DNA of 63,885 bases, filler included, from Fonticula-like sp. SCN 57-25 (taxonomy: Eukaryota), in assembly GCA_001724245.1 (NCBI GenBank). It is 3 parts of 3 records of this genome, joined end to end, with 100 filler letters (N's around TTAATTAATTAA, not from the genome) between each part and the next. Parts side by side here need not be neighbours in the genome. Positions count along the whole stretch, not along the records: positions 25,523 to 50,203 come from MEDX01000061.1; 2 more parts are not named here. One strand, given 5' to 3'. The translations under genes and the position numbers were made by a program. The notes under the pieces were generated by a model, which was given only the letters and a program-made list of their open reading frames with translations, was not told the DNA's origin and ran no database searches. Below, one piece after another: positions 36,740-47,787 of the stretch (positions are counted from its first letter, which is position 1; each line of letters begins with the position of its first letter).

Positions 36740-37747
36740 ATGGCTGCCATCAACGTACGAGCGTGTTACAGATCAGCACTGTAGTGTGATATTCACACCT
36801 CTCTATGTGTAGGACCAAGCCCTCTACCAGTACTTTATGGCTGCTGATGCGTATGTCGCTTGTCCGTTGCATCCCCTGGCTCACCCGTGATCCGCGTCCT
36901 TTAGCAACCGCAGCGGCCAGATCGACGCGCTCGAGCTCCAGCGCTGCCTCTCGAACGGCAGCTGGGCGCCCTTCAACATGGACACCATCCGGTGCGTGTC
37001 TCTCTTTTCTTGTGTGTTTTTCATGTGGCTGAACGCATGGCCAGCCTCATGATCTCGCTCTTTGATCGCGACCGCAGCGGCACGATCAACTTTGAGGAGT
37101 TCAAGGGCGTGTGGCGCTACATCAACGACTGGACCGGAGTGTTCCAGGCGTATGACCGCGGTACGCTTGGGATCCAGCGATGGCGAAAAGTGCTCGTGCA
37201 GTGTTGGGATCCCATCATGTACTCCAGAAATCATGCCTGCTTGTCCATTTGACGTGCCACTAGCTATCCTTTGGACCCTTTCTTTGCTCTATTATTTATC
37301 TATACCTTCCCCCCCCACATGGCCCCCTTCTCACCCACGTAGATCGCAGCAACTCGATCGACTACCAGGAGCTTGCCACCTGCCTGCAGCGCTTTGGCTA
37401 CAACCTGACCCCCAACTTCATCAGCCTCATCGTCTACAAGTTTGACCGCTCCGGCGCGCGCACGATCAGCTTTGACGACTTTGTGCAGATCTGCATTCTT
37501 CTCCAGAACCTGACCAACCAGTTCAAGAAGTACGACACCCAGCGGGTACGTCATCTGATCTATTGGGATCAAGGGCGGGAAAAAGGGCAAAACAATGGGA
37601 AAAGCAGGTGAAAACCGATGGTAGTTTGCAAACGCAAACTTTCCCTACTGATACACATATGGCCTTTGCTAATACTCTTTATAGAACGGGTGGGCGACGA
37701 TGGGCTACGAGCAGTTCCTCACCGCCTTCTTCGAGTGCCGCCCTTAA
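36740..37747 (+). CDS. Penta-EF-hand protein (ALG-2/PDCD6/peflin-like)
   Basis: NRSGQIDALELQRCLSNG, FDRDRSGTINFEEF, ISFDDFVQ, DTQR-NGWATMGYEQF; several small exons. Confidence 0.9.
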
Positions 37748-37875
37748 GCACCCTATGCAAACTATCTCCCAGTTTGCGTCCCTCTATTTGTTTCCCAATA
37801 ACAAATGGCATCAAATCATCTCGTTCATTCGCTCGTATATACAGTTGATATTCGTTTGCTATAGTGTACACCTTT

Positions 37876-38895
37876 TCACGCGCGGTCCGTCCACTTGGCC
37901 GTCCCCTTGTAGCTGGCCCTCGCCATGCCAGCCTCATAGTCCTATGCTCACGTGTCAGCGCTCTAATTGGCCCTTTTTTGCCAGTGCGTACCACGATGAG
38001 CCGCCGGCCCTCAAACACCTTGCCGTTAGCCTGCGCGACGGCAGAGTCCACCGCGGCGGCGTTTTCAAATTCGACGTAGGCGAACCCCTTGCAGCGTCCT
38101 GATTGGTTGTCGATGCCGAGACGGACGCCTGTGATTCGTCCGTACTTGCTAAAGATCTGCTCCAATTGGCCCTCCCGCGTCTCGTACGGGATGTTTTTGA
38201 CAAAGATGGTCTTGACCTCGCCCTCGGGCTTGCGCGGGCGGCCGCTCTGCTTGGCATCGCGCGAGCGCGCGGGGGCGACGTCAAGGTAGCGGCCCTTGAG
38301 GCTCTTGCCGTTCAGGCGGCAGGCGAGCTCAACGGCAGCTTCGGAAGAAAACTGGATGTGCGCGTAGCCGAGGCAGCGGCCAGTGTCGCGGTAGAGAGGC
38401 ATGCGGACATCGCTAGAAAGTCAAAATGAGTACAAAAGGCACACAAAGGGACAAAAGTATTGCAAAAAAAGACAAAAAAGAACAAAGGTGCGTACACGAT
38501 GGGGCCGCATTTCTCAAAGAAGGCGCGCAACTCATCCTCTGTCGTCTCGTACTGCAGGCCCGACACAAACACCGTGAGCGCCTCGCTACCATCTGCACAA
38601 GCGCTGTCAGCACACAAAGACACATGCAACAACAAAAGACGCAACCGGCAAGAGAGCCGTCCTCCAGTTTCGCCACGGGCTTGGCATCAGCCGCGTCCTC
38701 CATGTCAATCTCCTGCGCATCGTTGGCGGCCGCCGCGGATGCCTCCGCCGCGCGACGAAGCTTCTTCTTGCGCTTCTTGAGGGCGTTCAATGAGCGGCCC
38801 TCGGCGTTGTCATCAGCAACGGGCTGCTCGACAGAAGTCGTCTCGTTGTCCGATGCGGCAGCATCGTCCTCCTCGATCAGCGCGCGCTTCCCCAT
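37876..38895 (-). CDS. Two-RRM, probably nucleolar, RNA-binding protein
   Basis: VFVSGL/LGYAHIQF and IFVKNI/KGFAYVEF RNP motifs; acidic and basic N-terminus. Confidence 0.85.
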
Positions 38896-39125
38896 CGTGG
38901 CCTCGTGGAAAACAATGACAGACGAGAGGGGCTGAATCCACCCTAGACTACGCAGAATAGGGGTGAATCCACCCTGGATTTTTAGAGTGGAATCCACCCT
39001 GGACAGATTTGAGAACGAGAATCTGAATCACTCTATTAACGGTGAGATTGACAAAAATTAATACAGAAGGTATACAATATAGATCCATATGGATTGTGGC
39101 ACATAAAACTTAAGACTAATACGAG

Positions 39126-41156
39126 TTACACTGCGACGGCGGCGGTCTTGTCGGCAGCCACCCTTCCCTCGAGCGCGCCCTTTTCGATCCCACCGGTCAT
39201 CACCGACGGCATCTTGCGGCCCATGTTGCTCACGAGGACATTCGGCACATGCAAAAACACATACTAACCACCCATTAGTCACCATTAATATTATCACGGT
39301 GTGCGTACGTCGCAGATCGCGTCCTTGATGCGCATCGTGAGGAGGCACTTGTAGTCGACGGTCGGCTGCAAAAAGGTCGCCAGGATGGGCGAGTCCTCGG
39401 GCAGCAGCCTACATTTCTCGCGTGAGCACACAATCTATAAACCTTTACTGTCATTGCGGGTACGCACCTGTGGAGATGGTTGCGGACGATCTCCCAGGCA
39501 ACATCGTTGTGGTGCAGCCCGAGCGCGCGCGCCAGCCTGTGCAGCTGCAGCTGAATGCCCGTGTGGAAGAGAACCGGCGGCGAGTCGGCCGGCGTCTCGG
39601 ACACGATGGTCGACCCCGGCAGCAGCTCGAGGTCGACGCCCAGCGTCTCCTTGAGCGTCGCCACGTGAATGCGCAGCCCGCCAAAGTCGCGCACGGCGAA
39701 CCCGACGAGCTCGCCGGCGTCATTGAAGCGCGCGAGCACGTTCTGGCCGTGCGTCTCAAAGGCGAACGCGTGGTCGCGCAGCGGCGGGATGAAGCAGTCG
39801 AGGAACAGACGCGCGTAATTCTCGAAAAAGGCGACGCGCGAGGAAAACGAGTCGAGGCCGAGCACGCTCACGACGTTGGCCACGCCAGTGAGCGGGTCGC
39901 GCTCGACAAGGGCGCCTGTAATGATAAAGTGCTCAGAGGGGCGCAGGCGCGAGGGGTCGTCGCGGATGATGCACGCAAGGTGTTTGGCGACAGAGGGCGA
40001 GGCGTGAAGAGCGCCAATCGTGGCGGGTTCATCAAGAATCAAAAGCTCTAACCGAACAAACAGGACCAAAGGAAATACCAAAATTGTTAGTGACGTTTGC
40101 CAATGCTGCTGCTTCACGCACCTGGCGGGGCAATCATGCGGGCGACCTGGCCGACGCGCGGGCCGTTAAACACCGAGTAGGGCGAGATCGTGCGGAGCGC
40201 CGACGTGGCCTGCACGCCGAGCGACAGCTTGACGTGGTACGGCAGCGTCAGCGGGCTCATTGAACGCAGCTGCAAACCGAGGTCAGTTTGCATATCAATA
40301 GCCATGCATTCGTACCGAGGTCTGCGGGTAGGCGGACTGCGTGCCCTCGAGGAGGCGCGCCTGCGGGAAGCGCTCCTGGACGCGAGGCCACTGCCCGGGG
40401 TGGACCGGCACGACGACGAGGTCGGCCGACGGCGACGGCGGCGCCCAGCCCTTCATGATGCTGCAAAGATGAAAAAAGTCAGTGGCGTGGGGACAATGCA
40501 AGAGTGGCGCACCTTTCAAAGTCGCCGTGGATGGCCATGTCGGCGCGCGGCATCGTCACAAACTTGATGCCGACGGTCCGGCGCATCTCGGCGGCCCACT
40601 CGAGCGTCTCCTCCTTCGTGAGGCCAATGCGCGTGCGGTGCATCGGGTGCGTCGGATGACCCTCAACGACCGCGCGCTCCCAGTCGATCGCCGGCGACGA
40701 AATCGACAGCGGCTCGCGAGGCGAAAGGTACGCGAGCTCCTGATTCCGAACGGAGCTGTCCAGCTCGGCGGCGATCGAGGCCGCGACGTCGTCCGAGGGA
40801 GGCGGAGAAAGGTGAGGCGCCACGAGGAGGAAGAGCGCGCTTGGCATCGACATGTCGCCGGCACGAGCGGCGGGTGTCTTCACCGAGACGGACCACGACG
40901 CAATGTCCTCCTGGTCGATGAACTCGATCGTGCGCGAGCCGGCCAGCACCGCCTCCGGGACAACCGAAAAGGCAAAGCTGAACGCAGGGGAGGAGCCGTC
41001 AGCGCACGACGGAGGCGCCACAATCACAGATCCGCTTACGGCATCGAGCACCGTGCACGACACGAGCTTCTCATTGATGAGGGCGGCCACGAGGCGACGA
41101 AGCGTCGCGCGACGGGCAAGCGACTGGGCGTCGGCGACTGTCATTTGTTGTGTCAT
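39126..41156 (-). CDS. NRPS-independent siderophore synthetase (IucA/IucC family), about 5 introns
   Basis: EGHPTHPMHRTR, VPVHPGQ, PQTSLRS, HVKLSLGVQATSALRTISP, FETHGQNVL, VRDFGG. Confidence 0.9.
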
Positions 41157-41671
41157 ACAGGCCGAGCGGGCAAGATAAAAAGAGTCAACGGAGAAAACTA
41201 TGTAGGGGATCCTTGAACAGGTCCAGGACACGAGATGACTGCCGAGGAAGCGGGACAGCCAGTCAACAGCGCACGGGCCCAGGCGTCATCTCACGTCATC
41301 CTAAAGTCACGTGATTTGTTTAAAATCACGCCATGGCAGCAAATTGGCCGAGCAGTGGCCGAGTTTGCAGTCCATGTTTGTCATTATTTTACATTCATCG
41401 CTGTGATTCACCGCCAGTTCTCCGAATGCATGGCGGCAAATATGTATATCATACCAAGATGATACTGTAATGTTATGTAGCTATGCGCTTTGCATTCTGG
41501 TGAATACTTTTTTTATTTGCAAACTGTACAATCGCTGATGTTAGGCTTTTTACGTCTATTGTATCTCCATCCCACATATACACAAAGCAAAGCCTTACAG
41601 AATAAGATGAAAGGAGAGAAGACGTGGGGTATACAAGCAGTGGTGCGCGTCGTTGCAAATACGACTCAAAA

Positions 41672-42328
41672 TCAGGCGAGCTCCTGGTAGTTTTGGCGCT
41701 TGACGAAGAAGACGATCCCAGCAGCCGCAGCGCCCACCACAACAAGCACGCAGATCACGATGCCGACGATTGCACCAGCGGAAAGACCAGATTTCTCAAG
41801 CGTAACCGGATTATCGTAAAAATCTCCCAGCGTCAGGAGCGAGCAGTCGCTGGAGAACGAGTAGGGCGACGTGCCGGAAAGTGCGTCTCCGCAAATAAGG
41901 CATCCCAGATGGTTGATGGAGCAGTACAGGAAGTCATAGTCAATGGTGCCGGCCGAGGAGCCAGAGGCGGTGTAGATGCCCTTCCAGGTGACCGTATTGG
42001 AAGTCGGGCAGAATTCGTCGGGGGTCGCGGTCGCAGTCACGTGGTACTCAAAGTCAGTCGACGACACAAACACCAGCTCATAGTCATAGGTGAGGAAAAC
42101 GCCACTGCCAAAGCTCACAACTTCTTGGGCAACATAAGAGCCGGTCAGAGTGCAAAAGCCATTGGCGAGGGTCCGAGCAGCAAAGGCGGAAAGCGAGGAC
42201 TGCTCTGATTGAATCGCAGCTTCGCCAGCAGCAACATTGAGAGTAAACAGCTTGTCGTCAATAGGTTGCGCCAGTGATGCGCACACCACCGCGGCAAGGA
42301 TCAACAGAAAACCGTACTTTGCAGCCAT
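41672..42328 (-). CDS. Single-pass type I membrane protein, unknown function
   Basis: Signal peptide, Cys-containing ectodomain, GLSAGAIVGIVI TM, short tail with YQEL. Confidence 0.75.
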   Translation of the reverse strand: MAAKYGFLLILAAVVCASLAQPIDDKLFTLNVAAGEAAIQSEQSSLSAFAARTLANGFCTLTGSYVAQEVVSFGSGVFLTYDYELVFVSSTDFEYHVTATATPDEFCPTSNTVTWKGIYTASGSSAGTIDYDFLYCSINHLGCLICGDALSGTSPYSFSSDCSLLTLGDFYDNPVTLEKSGLSAGAIVGIVICVLVVVGAAAAGIVFFVKRQNYQELA

Positions 42329-42429
42329 CTTTCTAGCGGCAAGTGGACAAAAGGAAACGCAGGGGAAGGAGGGGGTATTCAGGGGAGGGGGAATCCCCAA
42401 CTGCTACCTAAAAAAGTGCTCCCATCTAT

Positions 42430-42508
42430 CCAATTATGGAACAGCAGAATGAAAGATTACCATAAAAGGACAAATGTTCAAAAGATGACAGTATATTACC
42501 TGATATGG
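42430..42508. promoter_or_regulatory. Cluster of CArG-like boxes
   Basis: CCAATTATGG, CCATAAAAGG and CCTGATATGG (1 mismatch). Confidence 0.4.
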
Positions 42509-42577
42509 ATGGGATAGGTGGGAATCGATCATTTTAGAGTCGAGCAATGTGGATGGATAGAGTGGGGAAGAGGTACA

Positions 42578-43063
42578 TTAGTTGAGCAAGGCCCTTTCTT
42601 CCGACGAGGCAGACCTGCCGCGGGAAATGACCACTGCGCCGACAATACCTCCGATTGCGACCACACCGGCAGATACTGAAATGCCAATGATCGCGCCTGT
42701 TGACAGACCTGAAGAGGGAACGTCGTCCATCGGCAAAGTGGGTGCCTGGGTGCTTGGTGCCGGCGTGGGAGCCATGCACGATTGAGACGAATAACAGGTG
42801 GCGCTGCACAAGTTGTTGTTGCACGAAACTTGCAAGTCGCAGTAGCTTGTATCGCTTGGGCAGCAAAACTGGTACCCGAGGACCTTCCTTGAGCAGTAGG
42901 TGTAGTACGAGCACACGTTTCCGCTACAAGCAGGATACGCATACTCCAAGTTTGTCGCAGTATTAGCAACGTCGAGCGCGTCAGCAGCAGCAGCGCCACT
43001 GAGGCCAACGGCAACGAATAGGGCGAGCGACAGTGCCAGCGCGCGACTCATCGTGCAAGACAT
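42578..43063 (-). CDS. Small Cys-rich single-pass membrane protein
   Basis: Signal peptide, Cys-rich ectodomain, Pro/Thr stalk, GLSTGAIIGISV TM, acidic dileucine-like tail EERALL. Confidence 0.72.
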   Translation of the reverse strand: MSCTMSRALALSLALFVAVGLSGAAAADALDVANTATNLEYAYPACSGNVCSYYTYCSRKVLGYQFCCPSDTSYCDLQVSCNNNLCSATCYSSQSCMAPTPAPSTQAPTLPMDDVPSSGLSTGAIIGISVSAGVVAIGGIVGAVVISRGRSASSEERALLN

Positions 43064-43265
43064 CGTGTGATGTCTTGCCAACCACTCGAGCTAGCCCTTG
43101 TTGCAAAGTTTTTTCACGCGAGCCCCGCATGTTGCACCTCTCTCTTTACCACAGTAAACAGGTCCAGTTGCAGCCCGCGCCGTGTGCAACTTCGCCAACA
43201 AGCAGACAATAATATTGCAAACTGGTTTGCATTGGCGCAAACTGCAAAGTTCCCGACACGCGGTG

Positions 43266-44129
43266 ATGATGCTTGCGCGCGTTGCTGGCCGGCGGTGGCT
43301 GTCGGCCGCCTCGGTAAAGGCGGATGTGAAGCTGCTCGGCCTTCTCCGCAAGGAGACGGACCTTAGCGTGTCAAAGTGCAAGGACGCGCTTGTCGCGTTT
43401 GGCAACGACTATGACAAGGCGCTCGACTTTCTTCGCGAGTCCGAGGCCTCGGCCGGCATGGCCAAGGCGGACAAGCTCAAGGATCGCACGACGGGGCAGG
43501 GCGCCGTCGGCACGCGCCTCAACGACGCGCGCGACAAGGGCGCCATTTGGGAGATGCACAGCGAGACCGACTTTGTGGCGCGCAACACGCTCTTCCTCGA
43601 CTTTGCCTATGCGTCTGCGGGCGCGGCGCTCACGGCGGCTGATCTCGCGGCATCCCTGGAGGAGGCGCGCTCCGGGATCCCGCCGCTCATCGGCAAGCTC
43701 GGTGAAAACATTTCGATTCGTCGCCTGGAGACGCTGAGCGGCGGCTTGCTCGGCGCCTACACGCACGCGCTGGGAGGCGATCGCCGCGGCGGGCAGCAGG
43801 CGGCCATCGTCAAGCTGGAGGGCCCCGGTCTGGCCAGCGCGCCCAACGCGACTGCGCAGCTCGGGCCGCTCTGCGACAAGCTTGCGCAGCACGTCATGGC
43901 CATGCTGATGCAGCAGAGGGGGAACCCGGAGATCATTGCCGAGATCGCCAAGCAGCCGTTCGTCTTTGATCCCGACGTGACGGTCCAGCAGCGTACGCAT
44001 TGGAAGGCGGACTGAAGGAGGGTGAACTAACGACGCATTCTAGTTATCGACGACGCGGCACCGGGTGCGGGGCTCCGCGTGGCCGACTTTATTCGCTATC
44101 GCGTTCACGAGGCGGACGAGCAGAGCTAA
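43266..44129 (+). CDS. TSFM: Mitochondrial elongation factor Ts
   Basis: Presequence, LRKETDLSVSKCKDAL (UBA), EMHSETDFVARN, KLGENISIRR; one intron. Confidence 0.92.
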
Positions 44130-44328
44130 GTAGCTTCTTTTGTAAGATACAATTTTGTCTATATAGACGGTCTCACGGACATGCCAGTCATACACGATAG
44201 GGATGTATATTTGAATAGTATGGCTCACATTAGAGGGTTGAATGACGCGGTGTCGGAGCCAGTATGGCGACGCTGGGCAAAGGAAATCGTTCACGGAAAG
44301 GCCCGCTTCCATAAAAAACAGTTGAAAT

Positions 44329-44766
44329 TTACACAGAATGGCTCGCAATAAGGATGCGTCGGCTGGCCGAGAACTTTGTCCCGAACCGGCTGGTTCCGTC
44401 CGCTCGCATGGCTGCGGCGTGATGGTCAAAGTAGTCTTGAAGATCGGCGCGCGATGCGACCTTGTACTGGACGCAGAGATGCTCTGCCACAATGTGCGAG
44501 TGAGCGAGCGACAGAAAAGCAGGGGAAAGAGAGACGTACTGCGGCCGTCCGTGGGATCGCCCTCGACGGAATACAGGCGGGCATCGAGGAAGCCCCTGAA
44601 CGTCAGGATCTCCTTCATGTGGGGCAGCAGCCAGTCTGGGTCGAGCACGCCAAATTAGTTTTGGAATAAGTGGTAAAAGCAAGTAAAAAGGACGCGTACC
44701 CACATAGGCGGCGTGCGTGTCCTCATCAACAGCAACATTCACCTCGTATACGACATGATCAGCCAT
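44329..44766 (-). CDS. DUF4286-like small protein, 2 introns
   Basis: VYEVNVAVD..WL.PHMKEIL..GF..A..CVQY..LQDYFDHHAAAMRADG..RFG.KF.ASRRIL. Confidence 0.7.
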   Translation of the reverse strand: MADHVVYEVNVAVDEDTHAAYVGTRPFYLLLPLIPKLIWRARPRLAAAPHEGDPDVQGLPRCPPVFRRGRSHGRPQYVSLSPAFLSLAHSHIVAEHLCVQYKVASRADLQDYFDHHAAAMRADGTSRFGTKFSASRRILIASHSV

Positions 44767-45205
44767 GTTTACTAGGTCAAATCTGGATCGCGGACAAACA
44801 GGACTGGGTACTTTATCGTATGCCGTAGTCCAAAGAGTACATACTAGGCATACATATATAGTGCCTTTTCACACACTATGTGGTAAATGCGAGTGCAATG
44901 TGCACTACTGACTATACTTGTGGCTTAATTCGCGCAGGACATGGCCTTTCAAGACTTTTAGAACCGTCAAAGTTGATAAGAGCCAGCCCGCTTAAGCGGT
45001 AAAATAACCAATAAAACAACAAATATCGTCAACTAACCTGCAAAGCTGTTCTTACACAGCATACGAGGTTTTTCTGCCCACTTTCCTTCAACTGCCCACC
45101 GAAAAAAGCCTCGAAAAAAAAAAGCGACCATTTATTACCATCGTTTCTTTACATCCCTCCATGAATTAATACTCGTCCATGTACAGCTCGTTCCCTCCCT
45201 CCTCT

Positions 45206-45637
45206 CTACGCCGACGTCGTGGCGGACCCCTCGGCGGCCGCGGTGGCGGCCTTTGCCGGGGCGCGCTTCAGCTCCGCTGTCGACGGCGGGGCGCTGAAAA
45301 ACTTCCACTCCTTCTTGAGCCCACCCGGGACGCGCGTCGGCGTCGCATCCGTCTGGCCGCGCCACGTCTTGACGCCCCACGCGGCGCCATGAGAAAGGTC
45401 CTTTGTCGGCTTCACCTGCGTTAATGTGTAGTACGACTCGAAGCCGTTCCAGATGGACCGCGTCACGCGCGTGCCGGCGCCGTACTGCGGAAGAACAGTC
45501 ACAAGCTCATAGAGATTGCGGCGGCCGCGCTTGGCGGCAGCGGTCATCTTTGTAGAGGACGCGGCGGTCGCTGTTGATACAGTGGACGCGAGCTTGGTCG
45601 CGGCATTCGCGGCCGCCTTGGCCGCCGTCGCGCTCAT
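45206..45637 (-). CDS. Mitochondrial ribosomal protein mS34-like
   Basis: NLYELVTVLPQYGAGTRVTRSIW..SYYTLTQVKP..HGAAWGVKTWRG. Confidence 0.8.
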   Translation of the reverse strand: MSATAAKAAANAATKLASTVSTATAASSTKMTAAAKRGRRNLYELVTVLPQYGAGTRVTRSIWNGFESYYTLTQVKPTKDLSHGAAWGVKTWRGQTDATPTRVPGGLKKEWKFFSAPPSTAELKRAPAKAATAAAEGSATTSA

Positions 45638-45753
45638 GCCCCCGATGCCTCGCGGTTCAAAAGTGTCCACAGGTCGTCTACACGCCTGTCACAACTCTTT
45701 GGCTCGATTATGGACGAGAATGCTTATGTAACGTTTCTGAAGATTTGAATTTC

Positions 45754-45827
45754 GCCTCGATAGCTCAGTTGGTAGTAGCGTAAGACTGAAGATCTTAAGG
45801 TCGCTGGTTCGATCCCGGCTCTGGGCA
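45754..45827 (+). tRNA. tRNA-Phe(GAA)
   Basis: A box TAGCTCAGTTGG, anticodon arm TAAGA-CTGAAGA-TCTTA, T arm GCTGG-TTCGATC-CCGGC, downstream T-tracts. Confidence 0.9.
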
Positions 45828-45951
45828 TTTCTAACTTTTTGACTTTTTTTTCGTCGCCGTTCGTCCAGTTTGCAGTTTGCCGCCACGTGTGGGATTATAA
45901 ACCCTTTGGAGCGTCGTCGTCGTTTACGTGTGTGCACGAGGCAGGGCTCTA

Positions 45952-47787
45952 ATGTTTGGTGGAATCTTTGGAGGCGGCAAGCCGGCTGCTGGCGCCGGTC
46001 CCGCTGCGAACGCGGACGGCTTTGGCGACCTTGTTGGCGCGACTGCTGCTGCCGGTAGCGGTGGCCGCAAGGACGCGCCCGCGAGCGGTAGCAGCGGCGC
46101 TTCCGCGCAGGCGGGCCAGGGTTTCTTTGATCCCAGCGGTCTCGAGCGCGCCGCCAAGGCCGCCCGTGATCTTGACGGCTCGCGCAATGCCAAGGAGGCG
46201 CTCGAGATCGTCCGCATGCAGGAGGTGACAAAGCAGCAGGAGCTCCAGCTTCGCCGGAAGGAGGCCGAGACGCAGTACAAGGCGCTTGATCTGCAGCGCA
46301 TTGAAAAGGAGGGCGAGGAGCGCCGCAAGACGATCGAGACGGAGACGTCTCACCTCAACTACCGCGCAAAGCAGCAGGACGAGCTTGCTCGCAAGCGTCA
46401 GCAGGAGCAGATTGCTGCGCAAAAGGCGCTTCAGGATGAGCAGCTCCGCAAGCAGGAGGAGTCTCTTGCCAAGCAGGAGGCGATGCGCCGCTCGACGATA
46501 GAATATGAGCAGCGTCTCAAGCGCGACACTGAGCTTGCCAAGGTGATGGCCGAGGCCGATGGCCGCATCAAGGAGCAGCGCGAGAACCGCGATGTCGCCC
46601 TTGAGCGCCTCCGCGCCGAGGCGAATGAGAAGCGCGAGACTGTGCTGCAGGCGATCCGCCAGGCCGGCACGACGCTCGGCGACGGCTTTTCCAACTTTAT
46701 CACGGACGGCGACAAGGTGTTTGCCACGATCACTGGCCTGTCGCTGCTCGCGCTCGGTGTGTACGGTGCGCGCTCTTCGACCGCCGTCATTGGCCGTTTT
46801 GTCGAGTCGCGTATCGGCAAGCCGACGCTCGTGCGCGAAACGTCGCGCCGCCCGCCGCTGTACTCTCTTCTTCACCCGATTGCTGCCGCTCGCGGCCTTA
46901 TTTCCCGCCTGAGCTCTGACAAGAAGCAGCGCATGCTCGACGGCATTGTTCTTTCGCCGCTCGAGGAGACGCGCCTTCGCGACATTGTGTGGTCGACGAT
47001 CAACGCCAAGAAGAACCGCGCGCCGCTGCGTAACCTTCTTCTTCACGGCCCGCCCGGCACGGGTAAGACGATGTTTGCCAAGCGCCTTGCGCTCAACAGC
47101 GGCCTCGACTATGCCATCATGACTGGTGGTGACGTGCTTCCTCTTGGCCGCGAGGCCGTGTCCGAGATCCACAAGACGTTTGATTGGGCGTCGACCAACA
47201 GCCGCGGTACGCTTCTCTTCATTGACGAAGCCGACGCCTTCCTTCGCCAGCGCGACCGCGCCGTCATCTCTGAGGACATGCGCACTGCGCTCAACGCCTT
47301 CCTGTACCGCACCGGCGAGACGTCCAAAAAGTTTATGGTCGTGCTCGCGTCCAACCAGCCCGAGCAGCTCGACTCGGCCATCCAGGACCGTCTTGACGAG
47401 CTTGTGCCTTTCAGCCTGCCCGGCAGCGACGAGCGCTTCCGCATGCTGACGCTCTACTTTAACATGTACGTGCGCGACCACCACAAGGTTACGGGCGCCA
47501 AGCCCATTGACTGCGTCGAGATCACCGAAAAGGACCTCGAGCAGGTCGCCATCAAGGCGCGTGGCTTCTCGGGCCGCGAGCTGTCCAAGCTCGCCATCGC
47601 GCTGCAGGCCAACGCGTACGCGACAGAGAGCAACACCGTCACGAGGGCAATGTTCAACAGCACCGTCGAGTCGTACCTCAAGCAGCACGCGCTCAAGGAC
47701 AAGTGGGCCGAGGGTGCCCCTCAAGGGGACGAGGAGGGCGGCAAGAAGAAGACGGCCGCGTACGGCAACGCCATGCCGTCGACGTGA
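45952..47787 (+). CDS. ATAD3: ATAD3 mitochondrial AAA+ ATPase, intronless
   Basis: FDPSGLERAAKAA, coiled coil, LALGVY, GKPTLVRETS, GPPGTGKT, FIDEADAF, GFSGRE. Confidence 0.95.
   Translation: MFGGIFGGGKPAAGAGPAANADGFGDLVGATAAAGSGGRKDAPASGSSGASAQAGQGFFDPSGLERAAKAARDLDGSRNAKEALEIVRMQEVTKQQELQLRRKEAETQYKALDLQRIEKEGEERRKTIETETSHLNYRAKQQDELARKRQQEQIAAQKALQDEQLRKQEESLAKQEAMRRSTIEYEQRLKRDTELAKVMAEADGRIKEQRENRDVALERLRAEANEKRETVLQAIRQAGTTLGDGFSNFITDGDKVFATITGLSLLALGVYGARSSTAVIGRFVESRIGKPTLVRETSRRPPLYSLLHPIAAARGLISRLSSDKKQRMLDGIVLSPLEETRLRDIVWSTINAKKNRAPLRNLLLHGPPGTGKTMFAKRLALNSGLDYAIMTGGDVLPLGREAVSEIHKTFDWASTNSRGTLLFIDEADAFLRQRDRAVISEDMRTALNAFLYRTGETSKKFMVVLASNQPEQLDSAIQDRLDELVPFSLPGSDERFRMLTLYFNMYVRDHHKVTGAKPIDCVEITEKDLEQVAIKARGFSGRELSKLAIALQANAYATESNTVTRAMFNSTVESYLKQHALKDKWAEGAPQGDEEGGKKKTAAYGNAMPST

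Noticed and set aside
44790-44900. Possible H/ACA snoRNA-like hairpin, AGAGTA, hairpin
   Set aside because: Stems are short and imperfect with no properly placed ACA box; cannot be supported without a covariance search
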